From the NCBI GenBank assembly GCA_964409375.1, contig CAYPDA010000004.1, forward strand, positions 4,926-68,925: a stretch of DNA of 64,000 bases, in the 5' to 3' direction. Under the pieces are notes generated by a model. It was not told the DNA's origin and did no database searches. It was given only the letters and a program-made list of their open reading frames with translations. How positions within the stretch are numbered: the stretch's first letter is position 1; every line of letters starts with the position of its first letter. Source of the DNA: an uncultured Hyphomonas sp. (lineage in GTDB: Bacteria > Pseudomonadota > Alphaproteobacteria > Caulobacterales > Hyphomonadaceae). The position numbers were made by a program, and so were the translations under genes. Shown piece by piece: positions 49,967-59,797 of this stretch.

Positions 49967-50467
49967 TTGAGGGGCGCAGTGGCGTATTTCCTAGCACTTT
50001 TGACGGCCATTACGGCGTTCTGGCTGGGTAACTCCGGCCACTACAAGCCGCTGATGCTGTTCTTCGGGACGGCGTCTGTCATCCTGACGCTGATCCTGTC
50101 GCGGCGGCTGGGAATCATAGACCGTGAAGGCGCACCCTATGTGCGCCTGCTCGCTTTGATGCGCTATTATCCCTGGCTGACCGTGGAAGTGATCAAGTCA
50201 AACTGGATCGTCATCAAGGCCTGCCTGAAGGCCGACCTCGACATCGTGCCGACGCTCACCAAGATCCGCACCCGGAGCGGTTCTGATCTCGGCCGGGTAA
50301 CCTTCGCCAACTCGGTCACGCTGACCCCGGGCACGGTGACGGTTGAGATCGACGGCGACAAGCTGCTGGTTCACGGCCTGTATGAGGTCAACACCCAGCC
50401 GGAGGGGTTCCTGGAAATGGACCGCCGCTGCGCCGAAGCCTGTGACCGTGCCGAGGTGAAGCCATGA
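49967..50467 (+). CDS. mrpE: Mrp Na+/H+ antiporter subunit E
   Basis: FANSVTLTPGTV, LLVH. Confidence 0.9.
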   Translation: MRGAVAYFLALLTAITAFWLGNSGHYKPLMLFFGTASVILTLILSRRLGIIDREGAPYVRLLALMRYYPWLTVEVIKSNWIVIKACLKADLDIVPTLTKIRTRSGSDLGRVTFANSVTLTPGTVTVEIDGDKLLVHGLYEVNTQPEGFLEMDRRCAEACDRAEVKP

Positions 50468-50769
50468 CCGGCGCTGCGCTTGTCGCCCTGTTCATCGGAA
50501 TGGGCCTCCTGCTCGTCCGCGTGCTGGGCGGCCCGACGATGTATGACCGCATCATGGCGTTCAACTCGTTCGGCACCAAGACCGTGCTGGTGCTCGGCCT
50601 GCTGGGCTATGTCATGGGCCGCCCGGACTTTCTCGACATTGCGATGCTCTATTCCCTGATCAATTTCGTCTCGACCATCGCGATCCTGAAATTCTTCCGC
50701 TACCGCTCCTTCCAGGTGCCGCTGTCGCGCCGCGCCGATCCGGCGAAGGGAGGCGATGCGAATGGCTGA
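50464..50769 (+). CDS. mrpF: Mrp subunit F
   Basis: GPTMYDRI, LDIAMLYSLINFVST. Confidence 0.9.
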   Translation: MTGAALVALFIGMGLLLVRVLGGPTMYDRIMAFNSFGTKTVLVLGLLGYVMGRPDFLDIAMLYSLINFVSTIAILKFFRYRSFQVPLSRRADPAKGGDANG

Positions 50770-51136
50770 TTTCTTCCATATTCTCGGAGGCGGCTGGGAC
50801 GCGCTGCGTCATCCGCTGGGGGCAGCGGCCTGCCTCGCAGGCGCGCTTCTGTGCCTGATCGGCACGATTGGGGTGCTGCGCTTTCCGGACTTCTACACAC
50901 GTCTTCACGCGGCAAGCATCACCGACACATCCGGCGCTGCTATGGTGCTGATCGGCATGGCGCTGATGGCACCTAACTGGATCGTGCTGGTCAAGCTGTT
51001 TTGTATCTTCATCTTCCTGTTCCTGACCGGACCGACCAGCACCCATGCCGTCGCCAACGCGGCGCATGTGGCCGGCCTGCAGCCTCGGATCGGGCCGATG
51101 GACGCGGAAGATGATTTTGAGGAGGGGCGGTCATGA
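50762..51136 (+). CDS. mrpG: Mrp subunit G
   Basis: GVLRFPDFYTRLHA, LTGP..THA. Confidence 0.9.
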   Translation: MADFFHILGGGWDALRHPLGAAACLAGALLCLIGTIGVLRFPDFYTRLHAASITDTSGAAMVLIGMALMAPNWIVLVKLFCIFIFLFLTGPTSTHAVANAAHVAGLQPRIGPMDAEDDFEEGRS

Positions 51137-51798
51137 GAGAGCTGTTCGCGCTCGATGCCGGACCGGCATTGATCAACATTGCGCTTCTGTCGATCCTGTT
51201 CGTCGTCGCCTTTGCCATCGCGCGGCTGCGCAGCCTGTTCGCCATCGTCATGCTCAGCGGCGTCTACTCCCTGATCTCCGCAGCCTGGTACATTGCTGTT
51301 GACGCCGTCGATGTCGGCTATACCGAGGCCGCTGTCGGCGCGGGCATGTCCACCGCAGTTCTGCTGGGCGCGATGCTGCTGACGGCGCGCACGGCAAAGC
51401 CTGAGAAACCGCTCAGCCGCATCGGGCCGTTCCTGGTCTGCGGCGCGACCGCGGCGATGCTGATCTACGCCACCGTCGACCTTCCCGGCATCGGCGATCC
51501 GAATTCGCCTGCCAATACCGGTCCCGGCTACACCTACCTTCAGATCAACTGGTTCGACACCGGCGTCCCGAACGTCGTCACCACCGTGCTCGCAACCTAC
51601 CGGGCCTTTGATACGTTCGGCGAGGTCGTCGTCGTCTTCGTCGCCGGTCTTGCCGTTGCCATGCTGCTGGGATTCGGCGAGCGGTCGCTTGAGGAAACGC
51701 TGCGTCATGGCGGTGCGCGTGCCGCCAAGCCGAGGCCGGCCGCCCGCGAGGCGGAGGGGCCCGGCGACGGGACGGGCAAGGAAGGGGGCCCGACATGA
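51133..51798 (+). CDS. Mrp subunit B-related protein (DUF4040 plus MnhB N-terminal part)
   Basis: AVDVGYTEAAVGAG, NVVTTVLATYRAFDTFGE. Confidence 0.85.
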   Translation: MRELFALDAGPALINIALLSILFVVAFAIARLRSLFAIVMLSGVYSLISAAWYIAVDAVDVGYTEAAVGAGMSTAVLLGAMLLTARTAKPEKPLSRIGPFLVCGATAAMLIYATVDLPGIGDPNSPANTGPGYTYLQINWFDTGVPNVVTTVLATYRAFDTFGEVVVVFVAGLAVAMLLGFGERSLEETLRHGGARAAKPRPAAREAEGPGDGTGKEGGPT

Positions 51799-52247
51799 AG
51801 ACCGATCATCACGTGATCCTGCGGGTGATCGCGAAATGTTTCATTCCGCTGATCGTCATCTATGGTTTCTATGTCCATTTTCACGGCGAAGTCGGCCCCG
51901 GCGGCGCCTTTCAGGCGGGCGTCATTCTCGCTGTCGCGCTGATCCTGCATTCGCTGATCTTCGGTCTCGCCAACACGATGAAAGCGGTTCCGCCGGTATT
52001 TGCCCGCTCGCTTGCGGCAGTCGGTGTGCTTATCTTCGGCGGTGTCGGCATCTGGGCGCTGGTGCAGGATGGCAACTATCTCGAATACCAGGCACTGCTG
52101 GGAGAGCCGCCAGGCGGCCATGACGGACAGCATGCCGGCATCATCATCATCGAGCTTGGCGTCCTGTTCGCGGTGGCCGGCGCCATGGTCACGATCTTCT
52201 ACGCGCTTGCCGGCCGGGTCGCGGAAATCCGGGACGAGGACTGGTAG
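51795..52247 (+). CDS. mrpB: Mrp subunit B
   Basis: HGEVGPGGAFQAG, ELGV. Confidence 0.88.
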   Translation: MKTDHHVILRVIAKCFIPLIVIYGFYVHFHGEVGPGGAFQAGVILAVALILHSLIFGLANTMKAVPPVFARSLAAVGVLIFGGVGIWALVQDGNYLEYQALLGEPPGGHDGQHAGIIIIELGVLFAVAGAMVTIFYALAGRVAEIRDEDW

Positions 52248-52250
52248 GCC

Positions 52251-52745
52251 ATGCTCGAATTCATCCTCGACCGCGCCAGCTACTGGGCGATCATCGGGCT
52301 GATGATGATCGGCCTGTTCATCGCCTTTTCGGCGGAGAACCTGATCAAGCGCCTGGTCGGCCTGTCCATTTTCCAGACCACGGTCTGCCTGTTCTATGTC
52401 GCGCTTGCCAAGGTCGATGGTGGCACCGCGCCGATTCTGTTGCCGGAGGATACCCCCTACGGCTACGCGCCGCCTGTAATGGAAGGCGCCGATGACATGA
52501 CGGCGGCGACCGGCGAGCGCTTTGCAGAACTCGTGCATGTCTATTCCAACCCCCTGCCGCACGTGCTGATGCTGACCGCCATTGTGGTCGGCGTGGCCAC
52601 CCTGTCGGTCGGTCTCGCCCTGATCGTGCGTATCCGCGAAGCCTATGGCTCGATTGAAGCCGATGAGATGCGCGAGATGGATATCGAAGTGGCCGAGGCC
52701 CAGGAAGCCGAGGCTGCCAGAGACCTGAAAGAGGCATCGGTATGA
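52251..52745 (+). CDS. mrpC: Mrp subunit C
   Basis: NLIKRLVGL, NPLPHVLMLTAIVV. Confidence 0.9.
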   Translation: MLEFILDRASYWAIIGLMMIGLFIAFSAENLIKRLVGLSIFQTTVCLFYVALAKVDGGTAPILLPEDTPYGYAPPVMEGADDMTAATGERFAELVHVYSNPLPHVLMLTAIVVGVATLSVGLALIVRIREAYGSIEADEMREMDIEVAEAQEAEAARDLKEASV

Positions 52746-54277
52746 TCCTCGAAACCGTGCTGTCCTCGGCCCCTGGCTGGATGGTCGCGCATGCGGCTGT
52801 GCTGGTTGTGGTCTTCCCGCTTATGGCGGCGGCGCTGCTGGTCATGTTGCCGGGCGGCCGGCTGCCCTGGGTCCTGACAATTCTGACGACCGCGGCCTCG
52901 TTCATCTGTGCGCTGATCGTGCTGGCGACCGTGCAGAGTACGCCGCTCGGTTTCATCAGTTATCAGCTGGGCGGCTGGCCCCCGCCGATCGGGATCGAGT
53001 TTCGCATCGACGCGCTGAACGCGATGATCTTCCTGATCGTCACCTTCACCGGCCTGCTCGCCTCGATCTTCTCCTGGCCGACAGTGACGGCGGAGCTGAA
53101 GAGCGAAAAACTCGGCATGTTCTACAGCGCCTTCTTGCTCTGCTTCGCAGGCCTGCTGGGCGTGGCGGGAACGGGCGATGCGTTCAACATGTTTGTATTC
53201 CTCGAAATCAGTTCGCTGGCGACCTATGCGCTGGTCGCGATGGGCGCACGGCGCGACCGGCGTGCGCTGCCGGCGGCGTTCAATTACCTGATCATGGGTA
53301 CGCTCGGGGCGAGTTTCTTCGTGATCGGCGTAGGCTTCCTCTATGGTGCGACCGGCACGCTGAACATGGCAGATCTCGCCGAGCGCCTGCCGGCGCTGAC
53401 CGGGAACCGCAGCGTACAGGTCGGCTTTGCCTTCATAGTGGTCGGCCTGGGGCTCAAGGCGGCGATGTGGCCGCTGCACCAGTGGCTGCCGAACGCCTAT
53501 TCCTACAGCCCCAGCTTCGTGACGATGTTCCTTTCGGCAACGGCGACGAAAGTCGCGCTGTATGCGCTCGTCCGCTTCCTGTTCACTGTCTTCCAGCCTG
53601 AATACGCCTTCGAACAGGCCAGCTTTGTCTGGATCTTCGCGCCGCTGGGTATTGCCGCGATGCTGATCTGCTCCTTCCAGGCCTGTTTCCAGACCGATGT
53701 ACGACGCATGCTCGCTTATTCCTCCGTTGCGCAGGTCGGGTACATGATCCTCGGCATTTCGCTGGCAACAGCCGCAGGCGTCGCGGCGGGCCTGCTGCAC
53801 CTGTTCAATCATGCCTTCATCAAGGGCGCGCTGTTCATGGCGGTCGCCGGCGTCTGCCTGACCTTCAAGGGCTCGCATATCCGCGACTTTGCCGGCGCCG
53901 GGCGCAGCGCGCCCTGGACGATGACGGCCTTCGCCGTCGCCGGCCTGTCTCTGATCGGTGTGCCGCTGACATCGGGCTTCATCTCCAAGGTACAGCTTGG
54001 CTATGCGCTGTTTGAAGCCGGATGGTGGTGGGCGGTCCTGCTAGTCGTGTTCTCCAGCTTCCTCGCGGTGTTCTACATGGGCCGGGTGTTACAGGCGATC
54101 TTCTTCATGCCGCCAGCCGATCCGCGCAGACTGCCCAGGGAAGCACCGCTGATCATCCTCGTGCCCCTCTGGGTGCTGGCGCTGGCGAACATCTATTTTG
54201 GCGTTTCAGCGGACCTGCCGATCGGCCTTGCGCGTGACGCGGCGGTTGCCGCGCTTGGACTGGAGGCGTTCCGATGA
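52742..54277 (+). CDS. mrpD: Mrp subunit D (NuoN/M-like)
   Basis: DAFNMFVFLEI, GTLNMAD, KAAMWPLHQWLPNAY, LAYSS. Confidence 0.9.
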   Translation: MILETVLSSAPGWMVAHAAVLVVVFPLMAAALLVMLPGGRLPWVLTILTTAASFICALIVLATVQSTPLGFISYQLGGWPPPIGIEFRIDALNAMIFLIVTFTGLLASIFSWPTVTAELKSEKLGMFYSAFLLCFAGLLGVAGTGDAFNMFVFLEISSLATYALVAMGARRDRRALPAAFNYLIMGTLGASFFVIGVGFLYGATGTLNMADLAERLPALTGNRSVQVGFAFIVVGLGLKAAMWPLHQWLPNAYSYSPSFVTMFLSATATKVALYALVRFLFTVFQPEYAFEQASFVWIFAPLGIAAMLICSFQACFQTDVRRMLAYSSVAQVGYMILGISLATAAGVAAGLLHLFNHAFIKGALFMAVAGVCLTFKGSHIRDFAGAGRSAPWTMTAFAVAGLSLIGVPLTSGFISKVQLGYALFEAGWWWAVLLVVFSSFLAVFYMGRVLQAIFFMPPADPRRLPREAPLIILVPLWVLALANIYFGVSADLPIGLARDAAVAALGLEAFR

Positions 54278-55779
54278 GCCCGGAAACCCTCATCATTGCA
54301 GCGCTCTGCCTGCCGCTGCTGATCGCCGCCGGCATTGCGGTGGCGGGCAAGTTCCCGAACATCCGCGAAGGCGTGACGATTGCCGGCGCGATCTGCCTGT
54401 TCTGGGTCGTCATCCAGCTGAGCCTGATGGTTGCGGCCGGTGAGCGCCCCGCGCTCTATCTCGATGACGCGGCGCCCGGGCTCTCTTTCTCCTTCCGGCT
54501 TGAACCGGTCGGCGCGCTGTTCGCTTTTGTCGCGAGCGGGCTGTGGATCGTCAACTCCTTCTATTCGATCGGCTATATGCGGGGCGCCCGCGAGCGCAAC
54601 CAGACGCGCTTCTATGCCTGTTTCGCGATTGCGCTGTGCGGCGCGATGGGTGTGGCGATGGCCGACAACCTCTTCACGCTGTTTATCTTCTATGAAGTGC
54701 TGACCCTGTCGACCTATCCGCTGGTGGCGCACAAGGGCGATGCGGCGGCGCAGCGCGGGGCGCGGATCTATCTGCTCACCCTGCTTGGCACCTCGATCGG
54801 CTTCTTCCTGACCGCCATCATGTGGACCTGGGTCATCGCCGGCCAAAACCTCGATTTTGTCGAGGGCGGCCTGCTTGCCGGGACAGACGCCTCACCGGCG
54901 GTGCTGGGCGCGCTGCTGCTCCTCTTCATCTTCGGCATCGGCAAGGCGGCGATCATGCCGTTTCACCTCTGGCTGCCGAATGCGATGGTCGCGCCGACGC
55001 CGGTCTCCGCCCTGCTGCACGCTGTTGCGGTCGTCAAGGCAGGTGTGTTCACCGTGCTCAAGGTGACGATGTATATCTTCGGCACGGATGTCCTGGAGCA
55101 AGTGCCGACGCGCGAGTTCCTCATGGACCTTGCCTGTTTCACCATCATCGCCGCTTCGCTGATTGCCCTGACGAAGGACAATCTCAAAGCCAGGCTTGCC
55201 TATTCGACAGTGGCGCAGCTTTCATATGTCACGCTGGGGGCGATGCTCGCGCATGAGGCCGGCTTCCTCGGCGGCTCGTTCCAGATTGCGGCGCATGCGG
55301 TCGGCAAGATAACGCTCTTCATGTGCGCGGGCGCGATCTATGTCGCCACCGGCATCACCAATGTGTCGGACCTGCGCGGCCTCGGCCGCAAGATGCCGCT
55401 GGTCTTCATCGCCTTCTTCATCGCCTCGCTGTCGATCATCGGCATCCCGCCCTTCGCCGGGGACTGGGCGAAGTATGAGATCGTGAAAGGCGCGAATGCG
55501 CAGGGCTATGGCTGGGTGCAGTATGTTCTGCTGACCTCGGCCGTGCTGAACATCGCCTATCTGCTGCCTGTCCCGATCCTTGCGATGATGCCGGCGGGCG
55601 GCGGCAAGCGGAAGGAGTTCAAGCGCCCCGGCGGCGCCCCGGCGCTGACAGTGGCCGCGCCGGTATTCACCGCCTCCCTTTGTTTCCTGCTGTTCCTGCT
55701 GGCCGAGCCCGTGATCGATTTCCTCACGCCGGCTATGGAGGCGACCAGCAGCCGCGTCGAGGAAGGGTACCTGCCATGA
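54274..55779 (+). CDS. Mrp subunit D/A-family proton-conducting membrane protein
   Basis: LFIFYE, PFHLWLPNAMVAPTPVSALLHA, KARLAYST. Confidence 0.88.
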   Translation: MSPETLIIAALCLPLLIAAGIAVAGKFPNIREGVTIAGAICLFWVVIQLSLMVAAGERPALYLDDAAPGLSFSFRLEPVGALFAFVASGLWIVNSFYSIGYMRGARERNQTRFYACFAIALCGAMGVAMADNLFTLFIFYEVLTLSTYPLVAHKGDAAAQRGARIYLLTLLGTSIGFFLTAIMWTWVIAGQNLDFVEGGLLAGTDASPAVLGALLLLFIFGIGKAAIMPFHLWLPNAMVAPTPVSALLHAVAVVKAGVFTVLKVTMYIFGTDVLEQVPTREFLMDLACFTIIAASLIALTKDNLKARLAYSTVAQLSYVTLGAMLAHEAGFLGGSFQIAAHAVGKITLFMCAGAIYVATGITNVSDLRGLGRKMPLVFIAFFIASLSIIGIPPFAGDWAKYEIVKGANAQGYGWVQYVLLTSAVLNIAYLLPVPILAMMPAGGGKRKEFKRPGGAPALTVAAPVFTASLCFLLFLLAEPVIDFLTPAMEATSSRVEEGYLP

Positions 55780-56219
55780 CCGACGAGACAAAGCCTGCAA
55801 AGCGCGACGCGTCCGGCCGCTTCATCCAGAGCGCCGCCGAGCGGGTCAATGCCCTCAGCCGCACGGGTCCGGGCGGTGAGCACCCGATGGGCAAGATTTT
55901 CTGGGGCTGGACGGAGTCGAAAGCTGCCGGAGCGCTGGTCTTCTGGGTCGTCGCTGTGCTCGCCGTCCTTCTGATCGTTCTGGATTTCTTGATCGGGCGG
56001 ACCGAGCCGGTCGCGCTGGCGGGAGCTGCGGGGTTCTATGCCCTGTGGGGCTTCGGCGCCTTTGCCGTCATTGCGCTGGCGGGCTGGCCGCTTGGCCGGC
56101 TGCTGCGCCGCGACCTGAATTACTATGGCGAGGCCAGCGGCCCGCCGGCCGATATCGATCCGGCGATTGCCGAGGCGATGGGGGCGGGCAAGCCCGGTGC
56201 GAATGAGGGAGATGTCTGA
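55776..56219 (+). CDS. Small 2-TM protein inside the mrp operon
   Basis: Translationally coupled on both sides; GFYALWGF...LLRRDLNYY. Confidence 0.75.
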   Translation: MTDETKPAKRDASGRFIQSAAERVNALSRTGPGGEHPMGKIFWGWTESKAAGALVFWVVAVLAVLLIVLDFLIGRTEPVALAGAAGFYALWGFGAFAVIALAGWPLGRLLRRDLNYYGEASGPPADIDPAIAEAMGAGKPGANEGDV

Positions 56220-57994
56220 TGCCGGACTGGCTGGCTTCCTTCAATCCCGGTTTCCTGCTGATCCTTGCGGGTCTCATCGTCAGGGTGATGCCGTCGCGCC
56301 AGGGCCGTCATCTCTTGATGATGGTGGCGCCGCTGCTGGGCATCGCGTTACTGGCGATCGCGCCGCACCAGACCGACCTGATGAACATCCCGGTCTTCAG
56401 CTACAGCGTCAGCGTCTACCGCGTGGACGGGCTGAACTTCCTGTTCGGCCTCGGTTTCCTGATCGCGGCGCTGCTCGTGGCGATCTATTCGCTGCACACC
56501 GATGATCCCCGGCGGGAAGGCATGGTGCTCGCCTATTCGGGCGCTGCCATAGCCGGTGTCCTGGCGGGCGATCTTGTGGCGCTGTTCATCTTCTGGGAGC
56601 TGGCGGCGTTCGGCTCCGTCCTGCTCATTTTCCAGGCCGGCTCGCGCGGCGCCTACTATGCCGGCATGCGCTATCTGGTCATCCAGCTGATCTCGATGAT
56701 CATCCTGCTCTATGGCATGTCCTATGTCGGGCGCTACACAGGCGACCTGTCGCTCAAGGCCTTCACCAGCTTCAGCGATCCTGGCGCGATTTACGTGTTC
56801 ATTGCTTTTGCGATCAAGGCGGCGTTCCCTTTCTTCCACAACTGGCTGCAGGATGCGCTGCCGAAGGCGTCCGTGGTGGGCACCGTCCTGATGGCGGCCT
56901 TCACGACCAAGATCGCCGTCTATGCCTTTGCGCGCCTCTATCCGGGGTTCGACATCCTGATCTGGATCGGCGCGGCCATGGCGCTGTTCCCGGTGTTTTT
57001 TGCGCTGATCGAGAATGATCTGCGCCGGGTGCTCGCCTATTCGCTGAACAACCAGATCGGCTTCATGATCTGCGCCCTCGGGCTGGGCGTCGCGGGCACG
57101 GGCAATGCGACGGCGCTGAACGGCGTTGCAGCGCATGCCTTCGTGCACATGATCTACATGCTGCTGCTGTTCATGAGCATCGGCGCGGTCCTCTACCGCA
57201 CCGGCACGGCGCGGGTTACGGAGCTTGGCGGTCTCTACCGGTCAATGCCCTGGACGGCCCTGTTCTGTCTCATCGGCGCAGCCTCGGTCGCGGCCCTGCC
57301 GCTGTTCTCGGGCTTCATCGCCCATTCGATGATCCTGAGCGCGGTGGTCTCCGAAGCGGCGTCACAACCCGGGTTGATCGCCGTCTGGCTGATGCTGCTG
57401 TTCGCCATGGGGGGCGTCGCGGCGCATGCCGGGGTCAAGGTTCCCTATGCCGCCTTCTTCGGCAGGGACCGCGGCCTGCGCGTCAAGGAAGCGCCATTCA
57501 ACATGCTGCTGGCAATGGGCATGGCGGCCTTGCTGTCGATCACGATCGGCCTGCCGGCTCTGGCGCCCGGTTTCGGCCATAGCTGGCTCTACGGTCTCCT
57601 GCCGCACACGCTGGAAGCTGCGACCTTCCGGCCGTTCACGGCAGGCCACGTCCTGGCGCACCTGCAGCTCATTGTGCTGGCGCTGTTCGCCTTCATCCTG
57701 ATACGCCGCATGGGCCTTTATCCGCATGAGAAGCCCGGCCTGATCCTTGATACTGACTGGCTCTACCGGAGAGCCGGCACCGGACTGGTCAGCTGGGCCG
57801 GCACCATCCTCGGCAAGACAGGGCCCGCGATTGGCGCCGTCTTCGCGGGCCTGTCCCGGCGCGCCTATGACCGGCTGGAGGCCACATTCAGCCCGCAGGG
57901 AAATCTCGCCCGCGGCGGTCTGTCAGGCGGGGCGACAATCTGGATGGCGGTCATTCTGGCGGCGATCCTGCTGCTCTCTTTCTTCAATGCCTGA
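56219..57994 (+). CDS. Mrp subunit D/A-family proton-conducting membrane protein (third paralog)
   Basis: LFIFWE, HNWLQDA, AFTTK, ENDLRRVLAYS, PLFSGF. Confidence 0.88.
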   Translation: MPDWLASFNPGFLLILAGLIVRVMPSRQGRHLLMMVAPLLGIALLAIAPHQTDLMNIPVFSYSVSVYRVDGLNFLFGLGFLIAALLVAIYSLHTDDPRREGMVLAYSGAAIAGVLAGDLVALFIFWELAAFGSVLLIFQAGSRGAYYAGMRYLVIQLISMIILLYGMSYVGRYTGDLSLKAFTSFSDPGAIYVFIAFAIKAAFPFFHNWLQDALPKASVVGTVLMAAFTTKIAVYAFARLYPGFDILIWIGAAMALFPVFFALIENDLRRVLAYSLNNQIGFMICALGLGVAGTGNATALNGVAAHAFVHMIYMLLLFMSIGAVLYRTGTARVTELGGLYRSMPWTALFCLIGAASVAALPLFSGFIAHSMILSAVVSEAASQPGLIAVWLMLLFAMGGVAAHAGVKVPYAAFFGRDRGLRVKEAPFNMLLAMGMAALLSITIGLPALAPGFGHSWLYGLLPHTLEAATFRPFTAGHVLAHLQLIVLALFAFILIRRMGLYPHEKPGLILDTDWLYRRAGTGLVSWAGTILGKTGPAIGAVFAGLSRRAYDRLEATFSPQGNLARGGLSGGATIWMAVILAAILLLSFFNA

Positions 57995-58091
57995 CAGCGC
58001 CGCAGAGGCAAACCCGCCCGGCTCTGCAATCAGCATTTGACGACGACGTCATCAGACCTACGCTTTTTTGTGTTGAAACAAGGAAAGTCCG

Positions 58092-58505
58092 ATGACGGTA
58101 GCCTCCGAAGCCCGCCTGGATACGGCTGAATACGTAGCATATGCGACAGAGATCGTGGCCGCCTATGTCAGCAACAATGCGGTCGGCCCGTCCGAATTGC
58201 CGTCCTTGATTCGTGATGTGCATCACTGCCTGACCGGCCTGTCGGCCGGCGAACCCGGACCGGCCGTGCTGAAACCGGCCGTTCCGGTGAAGAAATCCAT
58301 CCAGGATGATTTTATCATCTGCCTCGAGGACGGGATGCAGTTCAAATCTCTCAAACGCCACCTCCGCTCGAAATACGACATGTCGCCGGAGGAGTACCGC
58401 GAGAAGTGGAACCTTCCGGCTGACTATCCGATGGTTGCTCCGGGCTATTCGGCTCAACGCTCAAGACTCGCCAAGAAAATGCGTCTGGGTAAGCAGAAAC
58501 GGTAA
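58092..58505 (+). CDS. mucR: MucR/Ros zinc-finger regulator
   Basis: [43 protein letters not shown]. Confidence 0.93.
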   Translation: MTVASEARLDTAEYVAYATEIVAAYVSNNAVGPSELPSLIRDVHHCLTGLSAGEPGPAVLKPAVPVKKSIQDDFIICLEDGMQFKSLKRHLRSKYDMSPEEYREKWNLPADYPMVAPGYSAQRSRLAKKMRLGKQKR

Positions 58506-58513
58506 GCAGAAAC
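58488..58513 (+). repeat. 13-bp tandem duplication GGTAAGCAGAAAC x2 spanning the mucR stop
   Basis: Read directly at 58488-58500 and 58501-58513. Confidence 0.9.
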
Positions 58514-58652
58514 CAAGAAATTGCCATTTATTGCGTCGCCGGAATGATATATTCCGGTCAGTATTGTTAACAAAAAGCTTCTGCGACTCTTGATCCCGGA
58601 GTCAACTCGCGTAATAGGTGAGTCTTGCGAATCACCACGGGGGTGGCGAAAC

Positions 58653-59153
58653 ATGCGTCAACACACGATTTTTGCCGGGGTGACACCGGCGCAGCAGGCC
58701 CTGATCCGTTACTGGCAGGCCCGGCGGAACACGTACGGCACCGTACCGCGCGAGAGCATCGATCCCGGCGCTCTCCGCAGCATGCTCGCCAGTATTTCGA
58801 TCGTCGCGATGGATGAAGAGGGCGAAGGCCGGTTCCGCATCGCCGGCTCAAGGCTTCGTGAGATTTTCGGAACCGAAGTCAGGGGGCGTCCTGTCGCGGA
58901 GATCGCCGGGGCGCACGGCGAGTGTTATGCCCTTGGCCTTGCCGCTGCTGTTGACCGCGGCGAACCTGTCGGCGGGCTGATCGAGACGGGCGGCCGCGTC
59001 CATGCCTGGCTGCGCCTGCCGCTCGCCGGTGAGGACGGACGCCTGAGCCAGGTTCTCTGCCATGACGAATTGCTTACGGCGTCGGATCTGCGCCGCAGCC
59101 CGCCGCCTGAGGGCGGGCTTGTCCAGCATCCGAGGCCGCGCTTCGCAGCCTGA
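58653..59153 (+). CDS. PAS_5 (DUF1457-like) domain protein
   Basis: LIRYW..RR...P.R..IDP, FRIAGSRLREIFG.EVRGR, LRLPL. Confidence 0.8.
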   Translation: MRQHTIFAGVTPAQQALIRYWQARRNTYGTVPRESIDPGALRSMLASISIVAMDEEGEGRFRIAGSRLREIFGTEVRGRPVAEIAGAHGECYALGLAAAVDRGEPVGGLIETGGRVHAWLRLPLAGEDGRLSQVLCHDELLTASDLRRSPPPEGGLVQHPRPRFAA

Positions 59154-59289
59154 ACGGCGGCTTCCTGCCCCGGGGCGCAGCAGCGCGCCGCAAGCGTGAC
59201 GGGTCTGGAAGACCGCCAGCAGGCGCCTCAAAGACCTCTGGAGGCCGCCAACGGCCCGCGCGCCTTTGCCGCGCACACCTCGTTCCCGC

Positions 59290-59709
59290 TCAGCCGGCGA
59301 GCGCGGTCTGCGCATCATCGCGAATGCGCGCGAGCATCGAGGCCAGCCCGTTGGACCGCTGGGCCGTCAGCGCGCCCTTGACGCCGATCTCGTCGAGCAG
59401 GGCTTCGGCATCGAAGGCGTTGATCTCCTGCGTTGGCGCGCCCGAATAGAGGCGGATCAGCAGGGCGATCAGCCCTGAGACGATGATCGCATCGGATTCG
59501 GCCCGAAGTTTCAGTTTGCCGTCTTCGACATCCGTCACCATCCAGACCCGCGAGGCGCAGCCGCGCACCAGCGTGTCTTCAGTGCGTTCATGCGGGGCGA
59601 GGGGCGGATTGGATTTGCCGAGATCGATGATGTGCGCATAGCGCGCCTCCCAGTCTTCCAGCCAGGAAAACTCTTCACGGATGTCGCGGGCCGCGGTCTC
59701 AATACTCAT
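59290..59709 (-). CDS. sufE: Fe-S cluster sulfur acceptor SufE
   Basis: WEARY..IIDLG, VRGCASRVW, SDAIIVSGL, LTAQRSNGL. Confidence 0.94.
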   Translation of the reverse strand: MSIETAARDIREEFSWLEDWEARYAHIIDLGKSNPPLAPHERTEDTLVRGCASRVWMVTDVEDGKLKLRAESDAIIVSGLIALLIRLYSGAPTQEINAFDAEALLDEIGVKGALTAQRSNGLASMLARIRDDAQTALAG

Positions 59710-59736
59710 GCGCGTTCATCTGGGTGCATCCGGCAC

Positions 59737-59769
59737 AAAAAGAAACCCCGGTACAGTGATGTACCGGGG
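59737..59769 (-). terminator. Intrinsic terminator of the 60766-59798 gene
   Basis: CCCCGGTACA-GTGA-TGTACCGGGG with a T-rich tail on the minus strand. Confidence 0.8.
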
Positions 59770-59797
59770 CCGTGTCGAGATACATGTTGCTCAGCGC

